A stretch of 64,000 nt of DNA from Candidatus Woesearchaeota archaeon (GTDB taxonomy: Archaea; Nanobdellota; Nanobdellia; SCGC-AAA011-G17; GW2011-AR18), in the NCBI GenBank assembly GCA_018302765.1, contig JAGVZG010000003.1, positions 11,081 through 75,080 on the forward strand, given 5' to 3'. Numbering within the stretch: the first letter of the stretch is position 1; every line of letters begins with the position of its first letter. The notes under the pieces are model-generated. The model did no database searches. It saw only the letters and a list, made by a program, of their open reading frames with translations, and was not told the origin of the DNA. Both the position numbers and the translations under genes were made by a program. Shown here in pieces: positions 50,505 through 60,436 of this stretch.

Positions 50505-53144
50505 CTAAAACTGAGTAAGTGACAAATCAGGAAATTCTCTTCTTGTATAATAATTATACTCACTTTTATCCAAACTAAAACCATCAGGATAATTAACTTT
50601 CCATATTTTTATAGGACCAAGGCTTCTTCCATTGTACAAACCTAAAGGAATATTTGAACTATCATCGTAAACCAAATTGAAATATTTACTATCTTGACCA
50701 AATAAATATAATCTAGCAAACATAGATTCAGATACTCTTCTAGAAACAAAAATAGCTGCTCCTAGTCTATTAAGCTGATTTCCCTGCACGGCAGGAATTA
50801 CCTTTATGCAACCGCCATAATCATAAGTACCAAAATAATATAATTTGTCAATATATACACACTTAACGGTTAACTGCAACTGCTCCCCTTGTGACTGCAA
50901 TACAATTTTAGGTTGCATTACAGAAGCAGAAACAACATTACCTTCGTTATCAACAGTGTTAACTAAAGGAATTAAAGCACCTATAATAGCTGTACCTTTT
51001 GGATAAACTTTACTATTATATACAAAATCTTCATCCAAAGGATAGCCACCTGTGTAAACTAACAAAGTACCGTTTCTAGTTTCCTTAGATAAAGAAGAAT
51101 CTAATCCCATATAAGTAAGGTAAGAATATCTATCAAAATTTTTATCAGAACCTATCAATGAATAAGCAGAATATTTTCCAACTTCGTCACCTATAATCAA
51201 AAGATAACTTACATTATGTGCATATAAGAAACCTAGAGCATCGCTGTCATTAGGCGCAGTCAAAACATTTCTAGCAGTTAAATAATTCCACCATCCAATC
51301 CTATTGCCGCCATCAGTAACAGTAGTCCTCTCAAATCCAGATTGAACCCAATAACCATAATCCCACCAGTGATTAAAAACAGCATCTTTAGGAGTGTTCT
51401 CTCTAACCCATTTGCCAGCACTCTGCCATTGTGAATGATAAGCAGGACCACTAAATTTAACTTGATTATAAGAGCTTTGAATGTCTTCAAAAATAATACC
51501 TTTGGCAAAAGAGAAAGGATTAAACAAAACAAATACAAATAATATCACTGCCAGATATTTTAATAAAGTATATTTTAAGCTCAGACAATAATCCACAATA
51601 TAAATCAAAGCAAATGATGAAAAAATAACCACAAAAGTAGATAGCTCAAAAAATAATCTTATAGCAGAGGTGCCTCCAACAATATTTATCAAAGCAATCA
51701 CTAAGATAAAAGTGTAACGTGGGTCTAATTCTATTGTAAATATTGTGCTGCTGATGCCGGCTTCATAATAATTTTTAACATAGTAATATAAAGTATAACC
51801 AACCAATACAATAATAGAACCATAAAAAAGAATATTAGACAATAAGCTCTTTCCATTCAGTATACTGCCCTCTGAGTATTTAGAAAATATAAAAGCCAAA
51901 ACACAAGTAACATAAACATAAAACAATTTCTTATAATCCTTAAGATGTTTTACTAATTTATATAAAAGTATTATTAAGCCTATAATAAATAACCATACAA
52001 GAAGCCAGCCAAAAGAAGAAAACCAATCAATGACAAAAATTCTTCTATTCTCAGCAACTGTAGATGCCCACCTATTACCAACAAAAGCGCTGGAGAAAAT
52101 ACTGAAAAATCCCCTTATCATAGCCATGAAAAAATCAAAGCCAAAAAAAGAAATTAAAAATAATACACTAAAGACAATAACAAGAAAAAAAGCAGCAAAA
52201 CCTTGCGGGACTTTTGTTAATAATTTCTGAATAAACTTATTATGTTTAATAGACTTAATATTGAATAATAAATAAGCACATAAAGTCAAAAATACAATAG
52301 TAGCAGGTAGACTGCTGGTGTGGTCAGATAAAAAACGATTTAATGTTAATTTTCCAGTTCCCAACAACACAGAAAAATTAACCAAATACCAAGTTGAATA
52401 AACATATATATCACTCTTCTTGACACTATCAAGCAAAATATGAATCAAAGTGAATATACCAACAATCATAAAAAATATTGCCATATTGCCTGCAGTATTA
52501 TAACCAAGAATACTAGTAAATGCAGCACAAACTCCAAAAATAATATTATTTCTAATTTTTTTAGATTGCCATGCGACAATGAAAAAATACAGTGTCATGA
52601 ATATAAACATAATACCAAGTATATCGTGATCAGAAGAAATGCTTCTATACAAAAAAGTAGGAACTGTAACTAAGAACAAAGAAGATAATAAAGCAACCCT
52701 GTAATCAAACAATCTTCTGACAAATAAAAATAAAAACAAAGCAGCAATTACTGTAGCTACAGTAGGATATACTACATCTGCAAATTCTACAGTAAAAGAA
52801 GGAACAAATACATGCACGATTTTATACATATAAGCAACAAAATAAGAAGTAAAAACACCAAAATCAATATTCACACCTAAAGGATAATTTCTCATTACAT
52901 CAACTGCATAAAGCCTACCATGTTCAGCAATATACTGAGCATACCTCAAAAACAAAGTTGAATCAAGCTCTAAAGAAATATATCTTCCTGTAGTAGCATC
53001 CCTAAGCAAACCCCAATTCTGAGAACGAATAAAGTAAGCAAGCCACAAAATGGCAATTAATAATATATACTGTATCAAGTTCTTCTTTTCTTTAACAAAT
53101 TTAATTATTTTCTCTTTCCTAGCTTCTAATTCTTTATTGTTCAT
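50505..53144 (-). CDS. aglB: Oligosaccharyltransferase AglB (STT3 family)
   Basis: 879 aa. 13 TM N-terminal domain plus a C-terminal soluble domain carrying the diagnostic WWDYGYW motif (FNHWWDYGYWVQ). Confidence 0.85.
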   Translation of the reverse strand: MNNKELEARKEKIIKFVKEKKNLIQYILLIAILWLAYFIRSQNWGLLRDATTGRYISLELDSTLFLRYAQYIAEHGRLYAVDVMRNYPLGVNIDFGVFTSYFVAYMYKIVHVFVPSFTVEFADVVYPTVATVIAALFLFLFVRRLFDYRVALLSSLFLVTVPTFLYRSISSDHDILGIMFIFMTLYFFIVAWQSKKIRNNIIFGVCAAFTSILGYNTAGNMAIFFMIVGIFTLIHILLDSVKKSDIYVYSTWYLVNFSVLLGTGKLTLNRFLSDHTSSLPATIVFLTLCAYLLFNIKSIKHNKFIQKLLTKVPQGFAAFFLVIVFSVLFLISFFGFDFFMAMIRGFFSIFSSAFVGNRWASTVAENRRIFVIDWFSSFGWLLVWLFIIGLIILLYKLVKHLKDYKKLFYVYVTCVLAFIFSKYSEGSILNGKSLLSNILFYGSIIVLVGYTLYYYVKNYYEAGISSTIFTIELDPRYTFILVIALINIVGGTSAIRLFFELSTFVVIFSSFALIYIVDYCLSLKYTLLKYLAVILFVFVLFNPFSFAKGIIFEDIQSSYNQVKFSGPAYHSQWQSAGKWVRENTPKDAVFNHWWDYGYWVQSGFERTTVTDGGNRIGWWNYLTARNVLTAPNDSDALGFLYAHNVSYLLIIGDEVGKYSAYSLIGSDKNFDRYSYLTYMGLDSSLSKETRNGTLLVYTGGYPLDEDFVYNSKVYPKGTAIIGALIPLVNTVDNEGNVVSASVMQPKIVLQSQGEQLQLTVKCVYIDKLYYFGTYDYGGCIKVIPAVQGNQLNRLGAAIFVSRRVSESMFARLYLFGQDSKYFNLVYDDSSNIPLGLYNGRSLGPIKIWKVNYPDGFSLDKSEYNYYTRREFPDLSLTQF

Positions 53145-53145
53145 G

Positions 53146-53997
53146 TTAAAATATTAAAGGCGTTATAAACACTTCTACAAATGCACCTATGAATAATAAA
53201 AATATCGCTATTGCAACTAAAAAAATTGAATCTTTTATTATTCTTTTAAGCTTCATCATTCTCACTCCTTTATTAACTATTGCCATGGAAATTATACCAC
53301 CAGCTAAACCTCCTATAAAATAAGCAGCAATCTCAAATACTCCATGCAGCATATATCTTAATAACCCGGTCACAAATAAATTAAAATGTACAGCTACATT
53401 GTTAAAGCCCAACAAAGTTGCATATTTTGCAAGACTATTTCTTACATAAGTACCTATAGCAGCACTTATTACAGAAGCATTCCAAGCAAGTACAAATATA
53501 GCGCCTGCACCAAAAAATACAGCAAATAATAAACAAAAAAACAAAACCTTCAAATTATTTAATAATATTGTAGCAAAAGTATCAACTGAAACAATACTTC
53601 CACTAACTTGATTTGCATTTATTCTTTCTATAGTTGATAATTGCAAACTAAACACTTCAGTTACAACTCTCTCAGGAAATAAAATATAGAAAAGAGAAAA
53701 CCCTATTACTAAGCCAAAAAACAAATACATCAAAAACGTTATGACTTTGCCATGTTCCTTAAGTAGCCATAACTCATTATCAGTCCTGAACTCCTCCTGC
53801 TCCTCGCTAATTAAAGTAAGATACATTAATGGTGTTGTCATCAAAACAACAAGAAATACCATAACAAGCCCGGTATATTCTGGAAATATCCAAAGACTAA
53901 AAGCTATTGAAAAAAAGGCAAATAACAAACCAAAAAACAATAATCTTGCTGGGTGCCTCTTTGCATCCCAAGGTTTCACTAAGTCCTCAAAAACCAT
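53146..53997 (-). CDS. SpoIIM-like (DUF95) membrane protein
   Basis: 6 TM. LNNLKVLFFCLL...AWNASV and HGVFEIAAYFIGGLAGG blocks match the SpoIIM/DUF95 family. Confidence 0.5.
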   Translation of the reverse strand: MVFEDLVKPWDAKRHPARLLFFGLLFAFFSIAFSLWIFPEYTGLVMVFLVVLMTTPLMYLTLISEEQEEFRTDNELWLLKEHGKVITFLMYLFFGLVIGFSLFYILFPERVVTEVFSLQLSTIERINANQVSGSIVSVDTFATILLNNLKVLFFCLLFAVFFGAGAIFVLAWNASVISAAIGTYVRNSLAKYATLLGFNNVAVHFNLFVTGLLRYMLHGVFEIAAYFIGGLAGGIISMAIVNKGVRMMKLKRIIKDSIFLVAIAIFLLFIGAFVEVFITPLIF

Positions 53998-54118
53998 GAA
54001 AAAAAGTTAACTCTGCAGTTTAAATAACTTTCCAAAAGTTGTTGTATCTGTTAACTAAATAAATAAAAACCATGCAGAAATTGGCAAGATTTAAAAGTAC
54101 AAAGTCTTATTCCAATAT

Positions 54119-54898
54119 ATGAAAATTAAAGACCTAAAAAAATATTATTCAGAAAAAACATTAGAAGATTATAGAGTAGATTACTTATATCATAACATAA
54201 CAGAAGTCATTAATCAGGTAATAAGGGTAAAAATAATAAAAGAATTTTTTGGAAAATACTTAAAGCCATCAAACAACAAAGTTCTTGACTTAGGCTGTGG
54301 AAATGGAAATGATATTATAAATCTCAATAAGACCTACAGTAAAAAGATAACGAATTTTGTTGGTGTTGACTTAGGCAAAAAAACCATAGAGTCCTTAAAT
54401 TCAATGAATATAAAAAACTGCAAATTTATTGTTGGTGATATAGAAAACTTAAATCTTGGTGAAAAATTTGACATTGTATTATCTAGTGAAGTTGCAGAAC
54501 ACTTAGCTAATTTTGAGGGTCACTTAGATACTATAAAAAAACATTTGACACCAGGTGGCTATTTAATACTATCAACACCAAATGAAAAATATCTGATGAA
54601 AGATATTTACAAACTGCTAAGATATGTCTTTAAACCTAAATCAATTGAAAAAGTAAAAGAAAAGCATGTTGATGAAGAAGATGAGGAACACATAAATGTA
54701 ATGCCATATAATGTATTAAAAGAAAAACTAGAAGCTAAAGACTTTGAAATAATAGATAAAAAAAGAACAATGATTATGTTTGGAGCAGACTATGCAGAGC
54801 CTTATTATGGCATAATTGCATTTATAGATAATATATTGCCTAAAAAAATCATGTATTTAGGAAATGGTGTAGTAATTGCAGCTAGAATAAAAAAGTAA
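54119..54898 (+). CDS. Class I SAM-dependent methyltransferase
   Basis: VLDLGCGNGND motif I, FDIVLSSEVAEHL. Confidence 0.7.
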   Translation: MKIKDLKKYYSEKTLEDYRVDYLYHNITEVINQVIRVKIIKEFFGKYLKPSNNKVLDLGCGNGNDIINLNKTYSKKITNFVGVDLGKKTIESLNSMNIKNCKFIVGDIENLNLGEKFDIVLSSEVAEHLANFEGHLDTIKKHLTPGGYLILSTPNEKYLMKDIYKLLRYVFKPKSIEKVKEKHVDEEDEEHINVMPYNVLKEKLEAKDFEIIDKKRTMIMFGADYAEPYYGIIAFIDNILPKKIMYLGNGVVIAARIKK

Positions 54899-54924
54899 AT
54901 AAATATTTCTACTGTTTAATATGT

Positions 54925-56043
54925 ATGAAAATAACTTTTATAACGTCATTCTTTTATCCTATAGAAGGAGGGATGGAAAAACACGTTCAATACCTTGCTG
55001 AAGAATTAATTAAAAAAGGACATAAAGTAGAAGTTATAACATCTAATTTAAGCAGGGAAGGAAGAATTAACAAACCAGAAGAAATATACAAAAAAATAAA
55101 TATAAGAAGAGTTAAAGTATTATTCAAGATAGGTGACTTTGCATCATTCTTTCCAGGCGTATTCAATATTGTAAGAAAATCTAAGTCTGATATTATTCAC
55201 ATACACGCATATAGAAATCCACATAATGCAGCCTGCCTATTTACTAAAAAACCAACAGTTCTAACACCACACTGGCCAAATTATCCAGGACAAAGAAAAA
55301 AATGGCTGGAAATAGCAGCAAAGATATTTGACAAGACAATAGGAAAAATAATACTAAAAAGATTTAACAGAATACTGGCAGTAACAAAACCGGAAATAGA
55401 ATGGCTGGAAAAAGAACTCAACGTTCCTAATAAAAAAATTCGTTTATTACCTAATGGAATTCCAAAAGAACAATTGAAAAAAAGAGACGAAAATAGATTC
55501 AGGCAAAAACATAGAATAAATAAAAATGAAATCATCGCAATGTACTTTGGTAGGCTTCATAAAAGCAAAGGTGTTGATCTTGTAGTTAGATCTGCACAAT
55601 ATTTCCCAAAAGTTAAATTTGTAATCATGGGAAATGGACCTGAGCTAAATAATCTAAAAAAACTAGCTAAAAATACTAAAAATATAAAATTCATATATGG
55701 AAAGATAACAGATGAAGAAAAAATGGAGGCGTACAGTGCAGCCGATATTTTTATACATCCTAGCCATTATGATGCCTTTGGTATAACAGTACTGGAGGCA
55801 TTCTCTCAAGGTTGTGCAGTTATAACATCTGACCAAGGAGGTCTACCCTGGGTTGTAGACAATGCAGGGCTAATATTTAAAGACAACAATCTAGAAGACC
55901 TAAAAGATAAAATATCAGAATTAATACAAAATAAAAAATTAAGATTAGAACTTCAAAAAGAGGGAAGAGAAAGGGTTAAAGAATTCACTTGGGATAAAAT
56001 AGCAAAAGATCTGGAAAAAATCTACAAAGAATTATTAGATTAA
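54925..56043 (+). CDS. GT4 family glycosyltransferase
   Basis: GT-B fold. N-terminal FFYPIEGGMEKHV. C-terminal HPSHYDAFGITVLEAFSQGCAVITSDQGG (E-x7-E). Confidence 0.8.
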   Translation: MKITFITSFFYPIEGGMEKHVQYLAEELIKKGHKVEVITSNLSREGRINKPEEIYKKINIRRVKVLFKIGDFASFFPGVFNIVRKSKSDIIHIHAYRNPHNAACLFTKKPTVLTPHWPNYPGQRKKWLEIAAKIFDKTIGKIILKRFNRILAVTKPEIEWLEKELNVPNKKIRLLPNGIPKEQLKKRDENRFRQKHRINKNEIIAMYFGRLHKSKGVDLVVRSAQYFPKVKFVIMGNGPELNNLKKLAKNTKNIKFIYGKITDEEKMEAYSAADIFIHPSHYDAFGITVLEAFSQGCAVITSDQGGLPWVVDNAGLIFKDNNLEDLKDKISELIQNKKLRLELQKEGRERVKEFTWDKIAKDLEKIYKELLD

Positions 56044-57117
56044 TTTCTCATAAACATTCCAAGTTCCCTGAGCGCATTTCTTCCATGTGAATCTTTGCGC
56101 ATTCTTCAATCCTTTTTTTACAAGACTATCTCTAAGTTTCTTATCATCTAAAACATTTTTCACTTTCGCATATAAATCATCAACACTAGTAGGGTTTACT
56201 AATAAAGCAGCATCTCCAAGAACTTCAGCTAATGAAGTAGCATTAGAACTTACAACAGGACAGCCTGAAGCCATTGCTTCTATAGGAGGCAGACCAAAAC
56301 CCTCATAAGAAGATGGAAAAACAAAAACATCTGCAGCGTTGTACCAATCTGCCAAAACTTTCTCATCTACAAAAGAAAATAACTTAACATGATCTCTAAG
56401 ACCAAGCTTATTAATTAAGTCCAAAGTTCCTTGTGTATTATAACCAATCCTGACAAACAACAAATTATTATAGTGCCTTCTGAGTTTATCAAAAGCACCT
56501 ATAATAACTGGAATATTCTTTCTAGGTTCATCAACAGTTACATGTAAAATAATTAATTTGTTATTAACTCCTAACTTTTTTCTTATACTATTTTTATTTC
56601 TAGGATAAAACACATCGTGAGAAATTCCGTTATAAACTACATGTATTTTGTTCTCTTTAATACCTAAATACTTAATAATATCCTTTTTGGTATTTTCAGA
56701 TATTGCTATTATCTTATCTGCATTCCTGCTGTACCTTATTATTCTTCTGAAAACAATATTTCTAAAAGAATTCTTGACAACATTAGTAAATGGAACCAAA
56801 TCATGTATCGTAACAATAGTCTTTTTTGACTTATCCAAGTGCTTCATATACATGGAAGTCCCTTGATTGGTAAAATGATATAAATTATAATACTTAGGAA
56901 TTTTCCTTGGATAATAAAAATAATCATTAAACAACTGCCTGAAAACAGGAAGTCTCATAGGCCATATCTTCTTGACATTAGGATCATTAAAAGTCAGGTC
57001 ATCATAATGTGTATAAAATAAATCAACATCTTTTTTTTTCATTGATTTAAATTCCTTCAAAATCTTAAAAGCATATTCCCTACTCGGATTAAAAGAATTG
57101 AACATTGCTACTTTCAT
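56035..57117 (-). CDS. GT4 family glycosyltransferase
   Basis: [28 protein letters not shown]4 C-terminal motif. Confidence 0.8.
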   Translation of the reverse strand: MKVAMFNSFNPSREYAFKILKEFKSMKKKDVDLFYTHYDDLTFNDPNVKKIWPMRLPVFRQLFNDYFYYPRKIPKYYNLYHFTNQGTSMYMKHLDKSKKTIVTIHDLVPFTNVVKNSFRNIVFRRIIRYSRNADKIIAISENTKKDIIKYLGIKENKIHVVYNGISHDVFYPRNKNSIRKKLGVNNKLIILHVTVDEPRKNIPVIIGAFDKLRRHYNNLLFVRIGYNTQGTLDLINKLGLRDHVKLFSFVDEKVLADWYNAADVFVFPSSYEGFGLPPIEAMASGCPVVSSNATSLAEVLGDAALLVNPTSVDDLYAKVKNVLDDKKLRDSLVKKGLKNAQRFTWKKCAQGTWNVYEKLI

Positions 57118-57168
57118 AACACAACTTAAAATAATAACTTATATAAAAGTTATGAATAAACAAAAAAT

Positions 57169-58335
57169 ATGAAAATTGGATTTGTTGTAACTTATTTTTA
57201 TCCATTCAAAGATGGCACTGAAAATAATTGTTTATACCTAGCCAGAGAGTTAGCTAAAAAGCATGAAGTTCATATTTTTACATCTGACAGAAGAGAAGGA
57301 GTAGTTGTAGAAAATAAAGAGGAAGAATTTCAAGGCTTGCATATTCATAGATGCAGAACAATATTCAGATATAGATATTACATGGTATTTGATATTGATT
57401 TCATTCCAAAGATAATGAAATACAAATTTGATATACTTCATGTTCATAGTATTGGTTTTCTACAGCAAGATATCGCAGTTGTATTAAAAAAGATATTTAC
57501 GAACACAAAAATAGTTAACACACCACACGGCCCTTTCTTGGCAAATGAAAATTACTCCATTCCTATAAAGATTGCAAGAACAATATACAAGTTAATAGAA
57601 TACCCAATAAATCATTTCTTTTATGATGCTTCTATAGATGTCAATTCTACACAAAAAATTTGGATGGTAGAATACGGTTTTAAAGAAAATAAAATAAAAT
57701 TTAATCCTGATGGTGTGCCTAAAGACAGGCTTAGAAAAATAGAAAACAAAGAATTCATAAAAAAATATAATCTAAAAAACAAATTTGTAATTTCATCATT
57801 AGGGAGACTATTGCCATACAAAGGTTTTGATCAGATTATAAAAGCCCTACCATCAATAACAAAAAAGCATCCAAATGTTTTATATTTATGCATGGGTGAC
57901 GACAGGGGGGATCTAAAAAGACTAAAATCTCTGGTAAAAGAAAACAAAGTTGAAAAATATATTTTATTCTTAGGTGAAGTTTCAGAAGATGATAAATTAA
58001 AAGCCTTGGATGCATCAGAAATATTTCTATTTCCAAGCGAGCCAGGAACAGAAGCATTTGGCATAGTAACACTTGAAGCCATGCTCAGGAAAAATGCAGT
58101 AGTTGCAAGTAATACTGAAGGAAGTTTATTTTTAATAGAAAAAGACAACGGCTTTATATTTAATTATGGAAATACAGAAAAATTAGCAGAGTATGTAAAT
58201 CTGCTAATTGAAAATGAAAAATTAAGAAAAAGTATGCAAGAAACAAACTATAATAAAGCTAAAAATTACATAAATGAAAACATAGCTTGGGATCCACTAG
58301 AAAAAATTTACTTAGAAGTCCTAAACAAAAAATAA
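57169..58335 (+). CDS. GT4 family glycosyltransferase
   Basis: FYPFKDGTENN N-terminal motif. FPSEPGTEAFGIVTLEAMLRKNAVVASN C-terminal motif. Confidence 0.8.
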   Translation: MKIGFVVTYFYPFKDGTENNCLYLARELAKKHEVHIFTSDRREGVVVENKEEEFQGLHIHRCRTIFRYRYYMVFDIDFIPKIMKYKFDILHVHSIGFLQQDIAVVLKKIFTNTKIVNTPHGPFLANENYSIPIKIARTIYKLIEYPINHFFYDASIDVNSTQKIWMVEYGFKENKIKFNPDGVPKDRLRKIENKEFIKKYNLKNKFVISSLGRLLPYKGFDQIIKALPSITKKHPNVLYLCMGDDRGDLKRLKSLVKENKVEKYILFLGEVSEDDKLKALDASEIFLFPSEPGTEAFGIVTLEAMLRKNAVVASNTEGSLFLIEKDNGFIFNYGNTEKLAEYVNLLIENEKLRKSMQETNYNKAKNYINENIAWDPLEKIYLEVLNKK

Positions 58336-58701
58336 TTATTTGTAACTATGATTAACAGAAGCAATACACTCATTGCAGTTCTTTTCAACACAGCCTTTGT
58401 AAGTAAGCTTGTTCTTTACACTCCATTGCTTAACAGTATTAAATATTAACATTAAATCATTTCCTTTTTCTGTCATAGAATATCGAACATTAATTGGTTT
58501 TTCCTTAATCACTTGCCTAGAAACAAGGCCTTTATTTACAAGTTCACGCAGCCTATATGATAAAATCCTGTTTGTTGATACTTTTAATTTCTTGTTAAGC
58601 TGGTTAAAATTAAGTACTTTATTAAAATATAATTCCTGCATGATTAAGATTGTCCATTTTTTGCCCAATAAATTCTGAATTTGAAATAATTCACATGTCA
58701 T
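58336..58701 (-). CDS. HxlR-family winged-helix transcriptional regulator
   Basis: LLGKKWTILIM...LSYRLRELVNKGLV matches the HxlR/DUF24 HTH. C-terminal Cys-containing tail (CVEKNCNEC). Confidence 0.8.
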   Translation of the reverse strand: MTCELFQIQNLLGKKWTILIMQELYFNKVLNFNQLNKKLKVSTNRILSYRLRELVNKGLVSRQVIKEKPINVRYSMTEKGNDLMLIFNTVKQWSVKNKLTYKGCVEKNCNECIASVNHSYK

Positions 58702-58702
58702 A

Positions 58703-58720
58703 AGTATAAAAAAGTATACT
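58703..58720. promoter_or_regulatory. AGTATA-N6-TATACT inverted/direct repeat overlapping a TATAAAAA box between divergent hxlR and radical-SAM genes
   Basis: Sequence agtataaaaaagtatact lies in the 57-bp divergent intergenic region: 2 bp upstream of the hxlR start and ~40 bp upstream of the rSAM start. Confidence 0.25.
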
Positions 58721-58758
58721 TAATTTATAAATATTGCTTATTACCGTTTGCTTTCTAT

Positions 58759-60270
58759 ATGGAAAAAGGATTAAGTGTTTTAAGAGAAGTTCCTCAGTGC
58801 AAAGTACCAATAACTCCAGAATTGGAAAAATTGCTTCATCCAGATCTATTTATGAAAGAACCAATATTTACAAGAAGATTAACGCCTCCAGAAGAAGGAG
58901 AAAAAGTCTATGCATTAACTCCAGAAGATATAAAGGGTATAAGAAACTTAAGAGGTTCTGTTGTTGATCTGCATCCAGGAATGGGTGGTGTAGCTCCAGA
59001 AAGAATCATTGGTATGATAGAAAGTGGAACTAAACTAACATCCCTAGATTTCATGCTGACTAAAAATTGTAATTTTGCGTGCACATGGTGTTTTGCTTCA
59101 TCTGGTCCAGAACAAAGAGAATACTTGCCATTTAGAATTCTAGAATCAACTACAAAAGAAGCTGTTGAACTTGGCGCAACACTTTTTGTGCTTACAGGCG
59201 GTGAGCCGCTAATGTATAAAGATAAAGAATTAGGATCTCAAAGAAGCAGAGGAGATCATTTCTTTAGAGTTGTTGAAATGATAAGAAAAACTGGAAGGCC
59301 TTATGGAAAAGAAATTAAAATTTTAACTTTTGATGATGTAGCATTAATAACTCCAGAAATAGCAAACAGATTTGCTGAGAATGAAGTAGGTTTGTGTACA
59401 AAAGGAGATACATTAGAAGCAGAATTACAAGACTACAAAGTAAATCAAACTAGGGCATTTGATAAAATGCAGCAAGGTTACAGAAATCTAATTAACGTTG
59501 GTTATGGAAAAACTAAAAAACTTAGACTTGTAGTTAATTCTGTATTAGATCATACAACATTTGATGGAATGCTTGATCTACATATTTGGGTAACAGATAG
59601 AGGTTTTGATCATTCTATTGTTCCAGTACATTATTGCGGAAATGCAGAAAATGAAGACCAAGAAGCAGGTATACATTCCCCTCATGTTAAAGTATTATAT
59701 GATCTAATTGCAAGAGTAGATGAAAAATTATATGATATAAAATGGAAGCCATGGGCAGCATTTACTTATAATAAAACATGTAACAGAAACAGATCTGGTC
59801 TTCATATAAGAGCAAATGGTGATGTAACAGCCTGTTCAGAATCTCCAGGTAGAGAAGCAACAGATCGATATACTTTTGGAAACGTATTAGAAAGTGGATT
59901 TTCCTTAAAAGACCTTGTTGATAGTGAAAGATTAAGAAAATATAGAAAAGAATTTGCACAAGGCCATGGTACATATGTTTGCTCGCCTGATGTCTGTGAC
60001 TTATATGCTAACAACCTATGTCAAGGTGGATGCGCTACAAGATCAGCATACTCAAGAGTAGACTACAATACTGGATTAATAACAAAAAATGATGATCCTC
60101 ATAGTTATAGTGAACACAGAGAAGATCCTCTTTGCCCAGCATGGACTGTATTAGCTATAAAACAAGGAATACTCAGAGAAGGTTTATTGGAAGAAATACA
60201 CAATAGGATACTAAGAAAAAGCAAAAGAATTGATCCTAAAGAATTTCCCTTTGAAGCCTTAAATTACTGA
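58759..60270 (+). CDS. Radical SAM / SPASM-domain enzyme (maturase-type) with ~95-aa N-terminal extension
   Basis: Radical SAM triad CNFACTWC (Cx3Cx2C). C-terminal Cys-rich SPASM-like region (CNRNRSGLHIRANGDVTAC...CSPDVCDLYANNLCQGGCATR). Composition is non-host-like. Confidence 0.75.
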   Translation: MEKGLSVLREVPQCKVPITPELEKLLHPDLFMKEPIFTRRLTPPEEGEKVYALTPEDIKGIRNLRGSVVDLHPGMGGVAPERIIGMIESGTKLTSLDFMLTKNCNFACTWCFASSGPEQREYLPFRILESTTKEAVELGATLFVLTGGEPLMYKDKELGSQRSRGDHFFRVVEMIRKTGRPYGKEIKILTFDDVALITPEIANRFAENEVGLCTKGDTLEAELQDYKVNQTRAFDKMQQGYRNLINVGYGKTKKLRLVVNSVLDHTTFDGMLDLHIWVTDRGFDHSIVPVHYCGNAENEDQEAGIHSPHVKVLYDLIARVDEKLYDIKWKPWAAFTYNKTCNRNRSGLHIRANGDVTACSESPGREATDRYTFGNVLESGFSLKDLVDSERLRKYRKEFAQGHGTYVCSPDVCDLYANNLCQGGCATRSAYSRVDYNTGLITKNDDPHSYSEHREDPLCPAWTVLAIKQGILREGLLEEIHNRILRKSKRIDPKEFPFEALNY

Positions 60271-60349
60271 AATCCTACAAAAACAATATACTAATAGGTA
60301 GTAAAAATAAAAAAGACCAAAAGTTCACAAATTTTATAAGCCATTCTTT

Positions 60350-60363
60350 TACATTTAAATGTA
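60350..60363. promoter_or_regulatory. Perfect 14-bp palindrome TACATTTAAATGTA upstream of the heptose-type operon
   Basis: Exact inverted repeat around a TTTAAA core, ~75 bp upstream of the ATG at 60437. Confidence 0.2.
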
Positions 60364-60436
60364 GAAAATTACTGTTTTTAGATAAATAAGGCATAATAAA
60401 AGAAGCAAATCAAAAACAATAGTTAATTGAAATAAA

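Noticed and set aside
58734..58967. A 77-aa basic, Cys-containing ORF at the 5' end of the radical SAM/SPASM gene, considered as a possible RiPP precursor peptide.
   Set aside because: It is out of frame but overlaps the rSAM N-terminal coding region almost completely. Its composition is low-complexity K/R/S-rich, typical of alternative-frame translation of AT-rich coding DNA.
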